Counted from the first letter of the stretch, positions 1-13,189 are shown. The stretch: 64,000 nt of DNA from Octopus sinensis (GCF_006345805.1 NW_021832128.1:62001-126000), one strand, 5' to 3'. Notes: generated by a model from the letters alone, not told the origin. Translations and numbers: made by a program.

Positions 1-1900
1 AGGGTCGACCATCGAAGCAGCTGTTCTGAAGGCAGCCAGCTTCGGTCCAGTCTTCCGCGGGTGGATAGCTGCTTTATACAGCAACATCTGCTCGGTGATA
101 CGGGTGAACGGTCACCTTTCGGAACCGTTCGACATCTCGCGTTCGGCCTGCCAAGGATGCCCTCTCTCCTCCCTCTTGTACATTTTGACTCTCGAGCCAT
201 TACTGCGCAAGTTGGAGGCTTTGAGGGGTATCCTGCACGATCTAGGAGGCGGAAACAGCGTGTCTGCCTATGCCGATGACGTCACCGTGATGGTGTCGAG
301 CCACAGGCACATTGGCCTGATTGGCGAGACACTAAACCAGTACAAAGCGGTGACAGGGGCAAAGATTAACGTGGAAAAGTCTGTGGGCTTGCAACTGGGC
401 ACCTGGAGAGGCAAGCCCATGTCGTCCAATAGCGTCGTAGGGTGCTGGACAGACGGACCCATTAAACTGCTCGGGGTCTGGTTCGGTCCGGACCTCCAGG
501 TGGATAAAAACTGGGAAGAGGTGACGAGCAAGGTGGCACGTCTCACCTAGAAATGGGCCGAGAGGAAGCTGTCCCTGAAAGGTCAAGCGGAGGTGGCGAA
601 TGCATACATCGCATCCATCATCTATTACCGCTTGACCGTCGTTCCTTGTCCCGACTGCTGGTTGGCCAAGCTGGTACGCCTGCTCTTCGACTTTTTGTGG
701 AAGGGTCAGGTGCCACTGGTCAGGCGATCCATCTGCTGTCAACGACCGCTGAACGGAGGCCTTGGAATGCCGTGGTTGCTGATGCGCAGACATGCGCTCA
801 GGCTGCGGCATCTCAAGCGTTTCCTAGACGGTGAACAGGTGTGGTCGTCTTTTGTCAGACGCGATTTTCCACAGCTCCTCTCTTTGACAGAGCTGCAGAC
901 CTGGATCAAACGTAGACCGAGAAAGGGCGCTTGGCACCTCGAGTGCCGTCAAGCTCTCTCCGCCCTCCGCCAGGCGGGCAATGCAATCGGTTACAGCTCC
1001 ACTCTAGCGTTCTATAGAGGGTTAGTGGAGGAAAAATGCGACGACGTTCTCGGGGAAACTCTAGGCGTTGAAGATGACGAACTGAGCGGTCTGTTCGGAA
1101 GGACTTTCGAGCCGGGGCCGATGGATAATTTCCAGAGGTCGCTCGCCTGGCAGTGTATCTGAGGGGCTCTGCCTGTTCGAGATAAACTCTACCGGCACGG
1201 AAGTGCCGTCAGCCGGGCCTGCCCGAGGTGTTGCTAGGACGGCGAAACCGTTCTGCACGCACTCGTCCAGTGCCCGAGTATTGCTGAAATATGGGTTTAT
1301 GTCGAACAGCTACTGTCACGTGTAGGACGGATCCGACTATCGGCCGAATCCATAGTGAAGATTGCCCCGCCGACCTCCTTTAACAAGGAGGGCGAGGCCG
1401 TTTTCTTGTGCCTAGTGGCTGTGGCGAAAGAAGTTGTGTGGTGGACTCGTTTGAAAAGGCTAAAGTCAGACACTTTCCTCTTTGGTCAAGGCCTCATCAA
1501 CTTTTTCAACTTGAAGAGGAAGATGAGGTTAGAGAGGAAAGTGCTGTCCGATAGCAAGTTTTATGAAAGGTGGGTGAATTGTGCGAGACTGGCCAGTATA
1601 AATGGACCAGTTCTCAGGTTTCGCCTGTGATTTCAAAAGGGTAATATAAAAGGAGAAAAAAGGGACTCTCTACACCCCTTTTTTGACCAGGCTCCCATTG
1701 GCTTTTATAGGGTTTTTTCCACCAGGAACCTTTCGTAACGCCTCCCCCTATTGGGAGTTTTTCATTGTTAATTTTTTAATTGTTATAAAGTTTTTACTCG
1801 GATTTTTCAAAAACGGACAAAACCCTTTGTAACCTTTCGTCCTGTTTTGTCCCTTTATGTAATCATGTATGTCAGCCCTTGTGGCCAATAAAAAGAATAA

Positions 1901-1945
<45 letters not shown>
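1..1945 (+). mobile_element. Tx1/L1-clade non-LTR retrotransposon, 3' part (RT end, CCHC knuckle, 3' UTR, tail); runs off the window 5' end
   Basis: ORFs 95-550, 593-1162 and 1355-1630 share one frame: RT motifs QGCPLS and YADD, GGLGMP, and C-terminal CPRCC..ETVLHALVQCP. Broken only by in-frame stops at 548, 1160 and ~1235. AATAAA at 1887 and 1896, then an (ATT)n tail. Confidence 0.9.
1901..1945. repeat. (ATT)n microsatellite / retroelement tail
   Basis: Direct reading. Confidence 0.95.
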
Positions 1946-2205
1946 AATAACAATACCAGTAAAACAATATGTGCATTACGCCGTTCACAGTACATATTAG
2001 GTGGAAAAAATCCCATAGAATACATCAAGCTGTATGACTATATGTATGTATATTATTATATATTATATATTATTATGTATATACGTATATATATATAGGT
2101 GCATGTGCATATACAATTATATGTATGTATATATTATATATTATGTATATGTACTCATTCTTGTATGGGTGTACGTTCTCTGATATTCATATTTAGATTG
2201 TACTT

Positions 2206-2382
2206 TATAATCTCTGAAGAGCCCTTGGGATATATTTGTAAGTGTCTCATTTATAACCACATATTAACTTATCACACCTGGCTAATATGAGCATGAGATA
2301 CTCATATCTACATATCACACCTGGCTAATGTGAGCATAATGAGATATTCATATCTACATGGCTGAAACAGCTGTAAGATATA
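2206..2382 (+). ncRNA. Type I hammerhead-like ribozyme with ~140-nt insertion in stem-loop II (family A)
   Basis: TATAATCT-CTGAAGA-GCC...GGCT-GAAAC-AGCT-GT-A-AGATATA. Core CUGANGA and GAAA, palindromic stem III ACAGCTGT, GUA cleavage triplet, 7-bp stem I with a 1-nt bulge. Stem II is short and off-register by one base. Confidence 0.6.
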
Positions 2383-2570
2383 GTTTATATTTATATTTAT
2401 TCATACATATTGTACTTATTGTATCATATTACTCATTGATGTGCACTGTTTTGTTCTGTACTATTATGTTTGACCTTGATGTTCATATGTAGTTGGTTAA
2501 TAAATTATGTGAATGGGTATTATCTGGTAGTTGATTATTGATTAAGGTGTATTTCTCCATTTTCTTATTT

Positions 2571-2613
<43 letters not shown>

Positions 2614-2849
2614 TTAATTTTTGTCATTCTTATTCACACATTTACCTTTTTTTATATGCATATATATGTATATTTTTACTTTTATATACATATTTATATT
2701 TATTGCTTATCTTTTACATTCTTATATTTATATATATTATTTATATTTAATTCTTATTTATATCTGCAAATCACATCTCATACTGTTTTATGTATGAATG
2801 AGCTCCTCCTTGTTGGACACCGGAATAATATTTAGTTACTTTATAGGGT

Positions 2850-5460
2850 GTTTGAGTGTCAGTTTGGTGTCTGGAATGGGATAGCTTACCTCATGGGCAG
2901 GTAGAAGCCCTTTAACCTTGGTTGGTAATCAACCTAGAAGAAGAGAATCTCCGAAATAAAACCTGATGCCTTAGAAGTTCTTGGTTTTATCAATTTTCAT
3001 GCCACACCGGCGAAAGTCATCTTGCGCCAAGAGGTGGGGGTAATGCAGTGCAAGCTACACCCACTGAAAATTCTTCATCTGCACAGGTGTTTCCTGTACA
3101 CCAAACCTTAATAAAATCATTGAATTAGTTGGCTGGTAGAAACCTAAAAATGCACTTGTAACTTACTCTAAAATGTCTCAAACAGATTTAGTAAATGACA
3201 AAAGAGGCTTGGGAATGTCAGGGGAACAGGTCTGGCTTGGTAAGTATCCCAGTGTATCACAGGCTGGGCCCAGCTGTCATCCTGTCACTGTGGTCAAACA
3301 ATCTTCAAGAAAAAGTAAAAATAAACATCATTTGAATTTTGGCTGGTGGAATGTGCTCACACTTCCTGATGATAATTTCAACAAGAGGCCAGAAAGATGA
3401 ACTGCACTTATTGCCTGTGAGCTTAAGAAATATTCCCTTGATAAAGTTGCGCTCTCTGAAACTCATCTCTTTGGTGAGGGTCAAGTAAATGAACCTACTT
3501 ATGGATATACTATCTTTTAGTGAGGCCTACCAAAAGGTCAATGTAGAGAATCTGGTATTGGGTTTGCTCTCAAGAATATATTAGTGTCCTCCATTGCAGA
3601 GCTTCCAAGTGGTATATCTAAACGGATCATGTCATACCGTATTAAACTGACAAAAAGTAGGTTTCTTACCGTTGTCAGTATTTATGCTCCAACAATGTCC
3701 CATTCTGATGAAACTGTAGGACAGTTTTTTGATGATCTAGCATGATTATTGAGGAAAGTATCAATTTCTGACAAGCTGGTCATATTGGGAGATTTCAATG
3801 CAAGAGCTGGAAAGGACTATTTCATGGCCTGTTTTAGATCAACATGGGATTGGAAAATGTAATAAAAATGGAGTAGCTCTTTTAATGTTTTGTACTGAGA
3901 ATAATCTGGTTGTCACCAACACTCTGTTTAAACAGAAAAATGAATATAAAATCACCTGGATGCACCCAAGATCTAAGCACTGGCATCTCATAGATAATAT
4001 TCTGATCAGAAAACAAGATATGAAAGACATTTCTAGCATTCAGGCCATGAGAGGGGCAGAGAGCTGGACTGACCATTATCTAGCATGTGGGAAAATAGAT
4101 TTTTCGATAATGCCTAAAAAATCAATAGTCTGGTCCTAAGGTACCCAAAAAGTTAAATGTTGCAAACTTTAAATTATCAAGCAACTTGCAAAGATTCCAT
4201 GATGCTATAGGAAAGTATCAATTTTGACCCAAACAATCTATGGGAAAATTTCAAAGCAAAAGTATTTCAAGCTGCAAGTTTGTCAGTGGGATTTAAATAA
4301 CATAAGTCCAGTAACTGGTTCGCAGATAGATCAGCAGAAATTCATGATCTACTTTTAGAAAAACAAAACTAAGGCAATACACTTCTTTCCCAGTCCTTGA
4401 ACCCCAACTTGAACCATAAATTAAACAGGAATGGTGGAATGATAGAGCAAAAGGGGCACAAGAAGCAACTGATAGAAATGATGCCAAGGGTTTGTACTCT
4501 TATGTTAAGGAGGTATTTGGCCCAAAATCTTCTTCGATAGCTCCAGTGAGAACAGCAAATGGACGTTTGATTCTGACTCACACCCCTTCTATTCATAAGC
4601 GCTGGGTAGAACATTTTTCTGCACTTTTGAATAGACCATCATCCGCTGACATGAGGATGATAGAAAAAATGGAACACCTTCCAGTTATAGAAGAGATGGC
4701 ATTTGAACCAACTCTAAATGACATTTATTTAGCTGTGAATAAGCTGAATAACAAAGTCTCCAGAGTCTAATGGAATCTGTGCAGAAGTCTTGAAATATGG
4801 TGGTGACAAAACGTTTGAACTCTTAAATATATTAATTTGTCACTATTGGAGAACTGAGAAAGTGCCTCAAGACTGGATTAATGTCATTTTAGTCTCCTTG
4901 TATAAATCGGGGCCAAAAGGATCTATGTCGTAATTTTCGTGGGATTTTGCTTTTGTCTTTGGTTGGAAAGGTACTTGCCTGCATTTTAGTTCTAAATATA
5001 GTGTCTGAGTCTCAGTGTGGTTTTCACTCCTCCAGGGGCACAGCTGATTGTATCTTTACTATCAGACAATTACAAGAAAAGTGCATTGAACAGAATCTTG
5101 TTCTATATCATTGCTTTGTTGATTTGAGCAAAGCATTTGATACTGTTAATCAAAATGCTCTGTGGCTAATTCTAAGGAAAACAGATTGCCCAGAAAAATT
5201 TGTAAACATTATCATGATATGAAAGCTAGAGTTAACTTTGGTGGTAGGCTCTCTGAATCTTTTGCCGTGGAAAATGGAGTAAAACGAGGAGAAATTGATG
5301 CACCCACTCTCCTTGCAATATACTTAGCTGTTGTGTTGTCACATGCTTTTCAAAATTCTGAGGAGGGTACTTACATAAAATATCGAACGACAGGGAATGT
5401 TTTAAATCTGACCAGTCTGATATTCAAAACAAAGGTTTTTACTTCACTCATTAGGGAAAT
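2850..5460 (+). mobile_element. RTE-clade (BovB-like) LINE, decayed, 3'-truncated
   Basis: APE motifs WNVLTL..RPER.TALIA.EL..Y..DKVALSETHL, LGDFNAR, TWMHPRSKHWHLID. RT motifs SQCGF..RGTADCIF, FVDLSKAFDTVN. Many frameshifts. Confidence 0.85.
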
Positions 5461-5586
5461 TACTTACTTACTTACTTACTTACTCACATACATACATGCA
5501 TACATACATGCATACATACATGCATGCATGCATGCATGCTTGCTTGCTTGCATGCATGCATGCATACATACATACATACATACATA
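5461..5586. repeat. Compound tetranucleotide microsatellite (TTAC/ATAC/ATGC/TTGC)
   Basis: Direct reading. Confidence 0.95.
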
Positions 5587-5659
5587 AGTGTATGTATTTG
5601 TATACACTTATATCAAACGAAGCACCACCATTCTTTGTATAGGTAGGCACTAAAATAAT

Positions 5660-6066
5660 TAATCTAGCCCATAGCTTTGGGAGTTAATATCTTGATAACA
5701 TTTTTGGACAGCTGCTAATCACATGTGACATTTTCCATAGAAATGTGACATAACAGACACTTTTGGTTACATTTGGGGTCTCCAAGTGCTTGATTATCTC
5801 TTTTGTTTATTAGTATTTTGTAGCAATCTCTTGCATTTGGATTGCAAATGCATAACCTTCAAAGCATGGTATGATGTAGCAGTCACAAGTTCAAGAAAGG
5901 CTGAACTTCATATCCATATTAGTGTTATCTTTAAGTCTTGAGGAAATATACCAAAGTATAAACTTTTTTTTTTTTTGGTATGCTGAAACTTTCACATTCA
6001 AATCTTCTTTGGGGTTGTATGCAAGGTTGTCAGGAAGAGAGTACAATTTCACATAGGATGTTGTTG

Positions 6067-6150
<84 letters not shown>

Positions 6151-6760
6151 CTTTCATTTTTATTAATTAGAATTCTTCTTAGAAGGGAAGAACCGGTTTC
6201 TGACTTTTTGCTGGTATGATGAATATTTCTTCTGAAAGTCTCTGATTAAGTAGCTAAGTCCAGCCACTCTTGGTTCACAAGAGTTCTTTATCTAATCTCA
6301 TGATGTTATTCCCTTCACTGCTGAGTACATTTGTGACATTCATTTCTCTACTTATTCAGGAGCTGATGTCTACGTGATACAATGCAGCACTTATTAGAAC
6401 AGTCTTGACTGATCTAACGCCTCTACCTTCATCTCTTCATTTAACAATGATCCTGTCAGTATCACTGCTAATGTGGAAATTACAAATAGTTCTCAGTACC
6501 TTCTTAGTCCTGATGTCCAAGTTCTGAAATTCTTCAAATGTCCAGTCTAGGATCCCAAGTGTTGGTACTAGTACTGACACTGTGCAACAACTGTAAAATA
6601 TGATCATGTTGAATGTAGACTTCCATATATTCCAAAGCCTGCTGAAGTATTTTTTGTCACTCTAGCTTTATTTACAGCATCAACAGATGCAACATCCTCG
6701 TTGATTCCAAGGTATTTGTGACATTCATCATTGACAATACGGGAGATATACAGGCATTGA
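5660..6760 (-). mobile_element. R4/Dong-like (RLE-type) non-LTR retrotransposon fragment, split by (GT)n
   Basis: Minus-strand KYLGINED..NKARV.K, GGRG-like region, EGYAFAIQ.QEIAT, and zinc knuckle KCLLC..HVISSCPKM.SRY. Confidence 0.7.
6069..6148. repeat. (GT)n / (GTAT)n microsatellite
   Basis: Direct reading. Confidence 0.95.
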
Positions 6761-7456
6761 TATTCATATATATATGTATATACAGGGTGCAATGGGTAAA
6801 TTGTTGCCATTTTATATTTTTAATTTTATGCATGCACATTGTTTGTTTTTGATTTTGTTGTTATAAATAATTATAACAAGGGCTTGGCTTGAGCCTCACC
6901 ATGCACTGAAAACTAGACGTCAAGAGACACTATTACCACTATAAGTTCTCCAAGAGAACCACACTACATAAAAGGCTAGCAAAAGAAAGAAAATGAATTC
7001 AAAACTTCGGTTAACAGCGTGCATAATCATTATTCAGGCTTAAAGTAATAAAAAACAATAGGTATGAATTCTACTTCACAGCATATAATGAAGAAAGCTG
7101 CTTATTAATTAGGTATGTAAAAGTCCTAAAAGAAGGCAATATTAAAAGCTTGACTGTTTGGAAATATTTTTATAAATTCATGTTCTAAGAAATTTTCTAT
7201 AATTTCAATTTCTGAAGTTTATTGAATTTTTCGACTCCAATTTCCAGCAAATTTAAATATTTGATGCATTCCCTGCATCCAATTCTTCATAAATTTAAAT
7301 ATTCATTGCATTCACTGCATAATAGATTTTAATGTTTAATAATAAACAATATTAATTCATTGCAGGCAACATTTTACGTTTTTATTTGCAACAGTCTCTC
7401 ATTCTCTCTTGCCTCTATTTTCATTATTGATAATTTAATAATAGCCATTGATATGA

Positions 7457-7675
7457 GGCACAATTTCAAGAATATTATCAGTTTCTGGAGTTTGTTAAAT
7501 GAATATTTTTGATAAAATGAAAATTTTTTAATATACTAGTATAATTTTTACGTGATTTTGTGTTAAACGAATGCATGGTAATACACAAAATAGCTGTAAG
7601 AGGCACAATTTCAAGAATATTATCAGTTTCCGGAGTTTGTTAAATGAATATATTTGACAAAATGAAAATTCTTTA
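7457..7675 (+). repeat. Direct duplication of a ~75-bp unit
   Basis: GAGGCACAATTTCAAGAATATTATCAGTTT..GGAGTTTGTTAAATGAATAT at ~7457 and ~7600. Confidence 0.85.
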
Positions 7676-7879
7676 AAATATGGGTATAATTCTTTTTTAA
7701 GTGAAGAAGTGATTTTGTTGTTATGGCATTTTGGAACGCTATAAGCCTTACAATTTCTATCACGTTAAACAAGATAGTTTTTAACTATTTTCGCATTTCA
7801 TATTTATATTCATTCAATGTTTGCAATATTCCCTCTCCCCCTCTCTGTCACACAAACACACTCATACTTTCTCTCTAAT

Positions 7880-8790
7880 ATAAATACACACACTCCAGGT
7901 TTGATTTCGTTATTACACAAATACCACATTTGAATTTTGCAATTCAACATGGGGTATCCCAAAAATATGCGACTGAAAGAGAAAATTTAACAGTGAAGGC
8001 ACAACAGCAGAGAGAAAGACAGGCAACAGAATCAGATGAAGTGACTGAAAGAGATGTCTGAATATGCACGGAGGTATAGACATGATTTTGTTTCCAATAC
8101 ACAAGACTGACTGGTTTGGGTATCTCAAGAGGAGAATATTCTACCTCAAAATAATGGTATCAGAACACAAATTGTTGATGCAACACTAAAAAGAGATCAT
8201 TTCTTTGCGATCATGTGGAAGTAGTGGAATTGACAACCAATCTAAGACTTCTTACAGAAGGTCATTCTGAGGAAAGAGAGTTTGCTAATTACCTTCTTGA
8301 TGTAGGAAATGGTAACATTTCTGCTGAACAAAACCTAGGTGAATTCAAAATCAAACTACCCAATGACCTTTGCATTGAAAGTGGTACTCTTTCAGATATA
8401 TGTGATTTTGTATGTGCTGACCTCAAAAATAACTTCCAAACCCTGAGTGGCTTGCAAATAAAACCATTGTTACTCCAACAAATGAAGTAGCCCAATTTGT
8501 GAATGACTTTCTGTTGACCAGGATCTCTGGTGAGCTAAAACTAAACAGAAGCTCAGATACAGTTGATAATGAAACTCTGTACCCAATTGAGTTCATCGAC
8601 AAACTTACACCATCAGGGTTTCCACTACACATTCTCAAACTGAAGAATAAAAAAAAGATACATAATGCTTCTTAGAAATTTAGATGTTACTAATGGAGAT
8701 TGCAATGGCACACACTACATTATTGTCAGTTTATATGATCATGTTATTGAGGCTGAGGTTGCTTCTGGTCATTATGCAGAATCAACTCTA
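7880..8790 (+). pseudogene. Helitron RepHel Pif1-type helicase remnant
   Basis: ILP..GIRTQIVDATLK, ELTTNLRL, FANYLLDVGNG, YPIEFIDKLTPSGFPLHILKLK, IMLLRNLD..GDCNGT (Pif1 motifs typical of Helitrons); frameshifted. Confidence 0.85.
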
Positions 8791-8870
8791 TATTAGGTCA
8801 TTTTAAATTTGAGTATATATGAAAAAGTAAGGAAATGCCATTCCCATGTGTTCTCACAGTACCAGACCTT

Positions 8871-8872
8871 TG

Positions 8873-8939
<67 letters not shown>

Positions 8940-8970
8940 TGTGTGTGTTTGTGTGTGTGTGTTTGTGTGT
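8871..8970. repeat. (GT)n microsatellite
   Basis: Direct reading. Confidence 0.95.
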
Positions 8971-10063
8971 ATCCATCCAGCCATCCATTTATCTATCTAC
9001 CTATGCACTCCTATGTAAGTTCTACCAATTACTAATGATAAATATATATAACAGATTGACTCAGCTATATATTTACATATAAATTTCTGTGAGGTTCATT
9101 AGTTAGTTAGTTACACCCTCCATAATAGCCATATTATAGGTTTGACTCTCTGAAAATTTTTTATAAATTTCTCTGTTAATATATATCAATAAAAAGGCAC
9201 TTTTGAAGCATCTGTTAATATTTACTATCACAAATTTAGACATTTGTTGCCAAGCTTTACATTTACTGTAGAGGAGGTTTTAACATTTGATAAACGATAT
9301 TAATATGTTCTGGCAAATTTTTTTCATTTTCATTTGCAACAGTCTCTCACTCTCTCTCTCTCTCTTTCTCTCCCTCTCTCTCCCTCTCTCCCCCTCTCTC
9401 TCTCCCGCCTCTAATTGTTTTCATTAATAATAATCTACTTAATACATATTCATTGCAATTTTTTCATTTCAAGTTTTATTTCATTTTTTTCAGATGAGCA
9501 AATCAGGTATTTTGTTGACTTAAATTCGCTTTGTAAATGCCCTCAGTTTATTGTTTATATGTACTGAAAATAAATTGTATTGGATAATTTATTAAAACTT
9601 ACTGAGGCTTCAAACTCATGTGACTTATTTCTTGTCATAATCTAAGAATTAGCAAGTGAATTTGTTGCAATAGCTATTTGATACGTTATAGGTATTAAAT
9701 TATCTCTATGTGATCGCTGCTATTTCTTGGCACATTAAATGTAGTTGGGCTACCTTGATCTTTATTTTAAAAAAAGGGAGTATGACTATGATAATATAAT
9801 GAAAGCAATATTTACTAAGCAAGTGAGCATTATAATACAAATAAATAATTAGACTTAAAATATCATAAAAATTATTAGAATTGAGAATCAAATGTGGAAA
9901 TACTATCGAGTGGCTAGCAGAAAACTACCCAAAGAGTGGTCTTTCTACTAGCATATATATATATATGAAAATCTTTGTGAAAATTAATATAGTTTTTAAG
10001 TATACAGGGGATATTTAAAAAAAATTATTTTTTTAAAAAGTTATAAAATCTTTTATCAGGATA

Positions 10064-10445
10064 CTAGCAGTATCACCCGGTGTTGCTTGGGTTTGTTTTG
10101 ACCCTTTAGAATTGGAATTTTTGAAAAGTAAAACTTTTGCATGTTATTCTCTTCAAGTGAACATTTTTCCAGTTGAAATACACCGAAAAATGGTGACACA
10201 GCAGTCAAAAATCGTAAAAAATAAGGATTTTCATAGAAAAAAAAGCACCTTTTTGATGTAAATAATTTTTGGTGTTAACATGGTCCGATTTGAATTTTAT
10301 CTTCTACAGAATGAAGAGCAAGCCTTCTTCTATCATACTCTCAATTTTGGTCAACTTGCGCTGCAGGGTCTCGAAGGAGATAGTGTTAGTTGAAGGCTAC
10401 CAAACCTGCCACACACAGACAACTTCAGCTTTATATATATATAGA
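10064..10445 (-). mobile_element. Non-autonomous Helitron
   Basis: Minus strand begins A|TCTATATATATATAAAG and ends with the hairpin CCCAAGCAACACCGGG, then TGATACTG-CTAG|T; inserted between A and T. Confidence 0.8.
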
Positions 10446-10469
10446 TTTGCTACACACTACTTTCTATCC

Positions 10470-11124
10470 TTAATAATGAAACTTGGTAGATCCAAAAGTT
10501 AAACACACAGACACACAAGTTGAGTTTTATATATATAGATTTCTCAACGGGGATTTCAGGGGAGAGTTTCAGGGAGTCGCTGGCAATGTATCGTGATGAT
10601 CAAAAATCTGGCCTGCTAAAATTTGGTTAAAGTGATTCAAACTGCAGACTCAAAGCAAAATGGTCACATTTAATTCAAAGCGTTAAAAATGTTATGAAAA
10701 CAATTGGTATGTGTTCACAAAGTCCAAACGATTAATACGAAAAAGCCCTCCAGGCTACATCCCGAAAATTCATTTCTTTGCCGAATTTCTACAATGTTTA
10801 CAGCGATTCGTTTTTATATCTTGATTTTTTATTTTTCATGCAATTTACGCATGCTTGCAAGCATGAACACAGTTCACGTCAAACAGCTGACTGAGTAAAG
10901 TTCATTATTCAATGCATGGGATAAGGCGTAAACAAACACATTATTGATTTTTGCACTTGCAAGATGAATTTCGGAACAGGAATAGCGCAGTTCAATTTTC
11001 ATTCACCTAAACTTTAAGTGACCCATTTTTGGTGGTTCTACGATTTGTTGGCTAGGAGATGTGCCGAGAAGTTAAACACACAGACACACACACAGATACA
11101 CAAGTTAAGTTTTATATATATAGA
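10470..11124 (-). mobile_element. Two further non-autonomous Helitron 5' heads (ending at 10539 and 11124)
   Basis: TCTATATATATAAAA C TTAACTTGTGT..TCTGTGTGTTTAAC head occurs twice on the minus strand; no matching CTAG 3' ends identified. Confidence 0.6.
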
Positions 11125-11448
11125 TTTCTCAAATATAGATTTGAATGAATTTAGTATGCCCAAAGATCAATTTTTGCTATCCATATGGAATTTTTTGTCA
11201 ACTTTGTCCTATTAATAGCATGAGGTTTTTCATTTTAATTCAGAGTTTGTTTTCAGGAAGCTGTGTCACATTATTTTTGTTCCTGTTGAAGCACATGTAA
11301 GCAAGTTCAACAATGTATGATTTTTTACAGACAACATTCTTCATGATGTTTTAATCTGGTTTGCTGTATAATTCTATTTAGTTGAAGAATAAAGTGTTGC
11401 TGTCAATTGAAAGCCTAACAATTGGTGTAGCAGCATTATAGTCAGCTG

Positions 11449-12967
11449 CTACAAAGACAAAGGTGATATCTCAAACAGAAATATTTACAGAGGTATCAAA
11501 TTACTGGACCAAGTGATGAAAGTCACAGAAAGGGTCATAGCTCAATGAATTAGGAAGAGAGTTAGCCTAGATGAGATGCTGTTTGGATTTGTGTCAGGTA
11601 GAAGTACAACTGATGCTATATTCCTGGTTATGCAACTTCAGGAAAAATATGAACCTCTGTACTTGACTTTTGCCAACATGGAGAAAACTTTTAACAGGGT
11701 CCCCTGCTCTGTTATCTGGTGGTCAATGTGGAAGCTAGGGATAAATGAGTGGTTAGTGAGAGCAGTACAAGCCATGTACAGGGATGCTGCCAGTAAGGTG
11801 AAGATTGGCAACAAGTACAGCAATGCATTCAGTGTACAGGAAAGAGATCACCAAGGATCATTTCTCAGCCCCTTCTTGTTTTTCTTAGACTTTTAGGCCT
11901 TAACAGAGGAATTAAAGACCAGCTGCACTTGGAAGCTCCTCTACACCGATGACCTTATTCTTATAGTTGAATCACTACTTGACCTAGAGAAGAAATTTCA
12001 GGTGTGGAAACAAGACCTGGAATCTAAGGGCTTTAGAGTTAATTTAACAAAAACCAAAGTCCTAATGAGTATGAAAACAGACAAATCAAAGTCCCTTCAG
12101 ACAATAGATTCCCTTAAATGTTTAGGGTAATCATTAGAAGTAGTAGATAGCTTCTGCTACGTAGGTGACCAAGTTAGCAATAGAAGAGGAAGTTCTGAAA
12201 GTGTAGTTGCTAGAATAAGAATGGGCTGGGTGAAGTTTAGAGAGCTTCAGCCTTTGTTAGTAACAATGGGCTTCTCCCTCAGAGTGAGAGGCAGATTGTA
12301 TGATGCTTGTGTATGTACAGCTATGCTACATGGCAGTGAAACATGGGCCTTGACTACTGAGGATTTGCGAAGGCTTCAAAGAAATGAAGCTAGCATGCTT
12401 TGTTGGATGGGTAATGTCAGTATGCACACACAATAGAGTGTAAATGATTTAAGGTTGTAAGAGACATCAGATGTCGTGTGCAAGAGAGAAGACTGCACTG
12501 GTTTGGTCGTGTGTTGCATGTGGATGAGGACAGCTGCATAAAGAAGTGCTGAGCTCTAATTGTGAAGGGAAGCTGTGGAAGGGGTAGACGTGGGATGAAG
12601 TGGTGAGAATGGATCTTTGGATACTGGACCTCACTGAGGAAATGACAAGGGACTGGTAGTTGTGATGATTTGCTGTACTTGAGAAGACATGCCAAGCTAA
12701 GTAAAATCACTGACATCCATACATGCAGGTTTGTCCTTTACAGGTGCCACATAAAATGCACTCGTGCCTGTGTTGTGTAAACGCACCCATGTTGGTGGCA
12801 CATAAAAAGCACCCCACACGCACTGTAAAGTGGTTGGGCATAGAAACCATACCACAACAGAGAATTGGAGTCTGGACATCTCCCCAGTTGGCCAGCTTCG
12901 TGTCAAACCTTTCAACCTATACCAGCATGGAAAACAGACGTTAAATGATGATGATAATGATGATAAT
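11449..12967 (+). mobile_element. RTE LINE (GAT-tailed family), 5'-truncated
   Basis: YRGIKLLDQVMKVTERV, FGFVSGRSTTDAIFLV, LRVRGRLYDACV..MLHGSETW, 3' UTR ending CCAGCATGGAAAACAGACGTTAAATGATGAT. Confidence 0.9.
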
Positions 12968-13005
12968 ATATATATGCCAATTATATATATATATATATAT
13001 ACACT

Positions 13006-13167
13006 CACGGAGTGGTTGGCGTTAGGAAGGGCATCCAGCTGTAGAAACATTGCCAGATAAGACTGGAGCCTGGTGCAGCCTTCTGGCTTCCCAGATCCCC
13101 GGTCGAACCGTCCAACCCATGCTAGCATGGAGATCGGACGTTAAACGATGATGATGATGATGATGAT
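13006..13167 (+). mobile_element. RTE 3'-end-only copy
   Basis: GGAGTGGTTGGCGTTAGGAAGGGCATCCAGC...CCAACCCATGCTAGCATGG..CGGACGTTAAAC(GAT)n. Confidence 0.9.
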
Positions 13168-13189
13168 ATATATATATGTATATATATAT

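Noticed and set aside
2099-2835. ORF-track hits rich in Y/I, and similar C/V- or H/T-rich ORFs at 5891-6219, 8793-9082, 28998-30572, 39136-39450 and 44176-44376
   Set aside because: Translations of (TA)n, (GT)n and (CA)n microsatellites, not genes
9485-9515. Possible 13-nt micro-exon (TTTTTTTCAG|ATGAGCAAATCAG|GTATTT)
   Set aside because: Such signals arise by chance in AT-rich DNA and there are no partner exons
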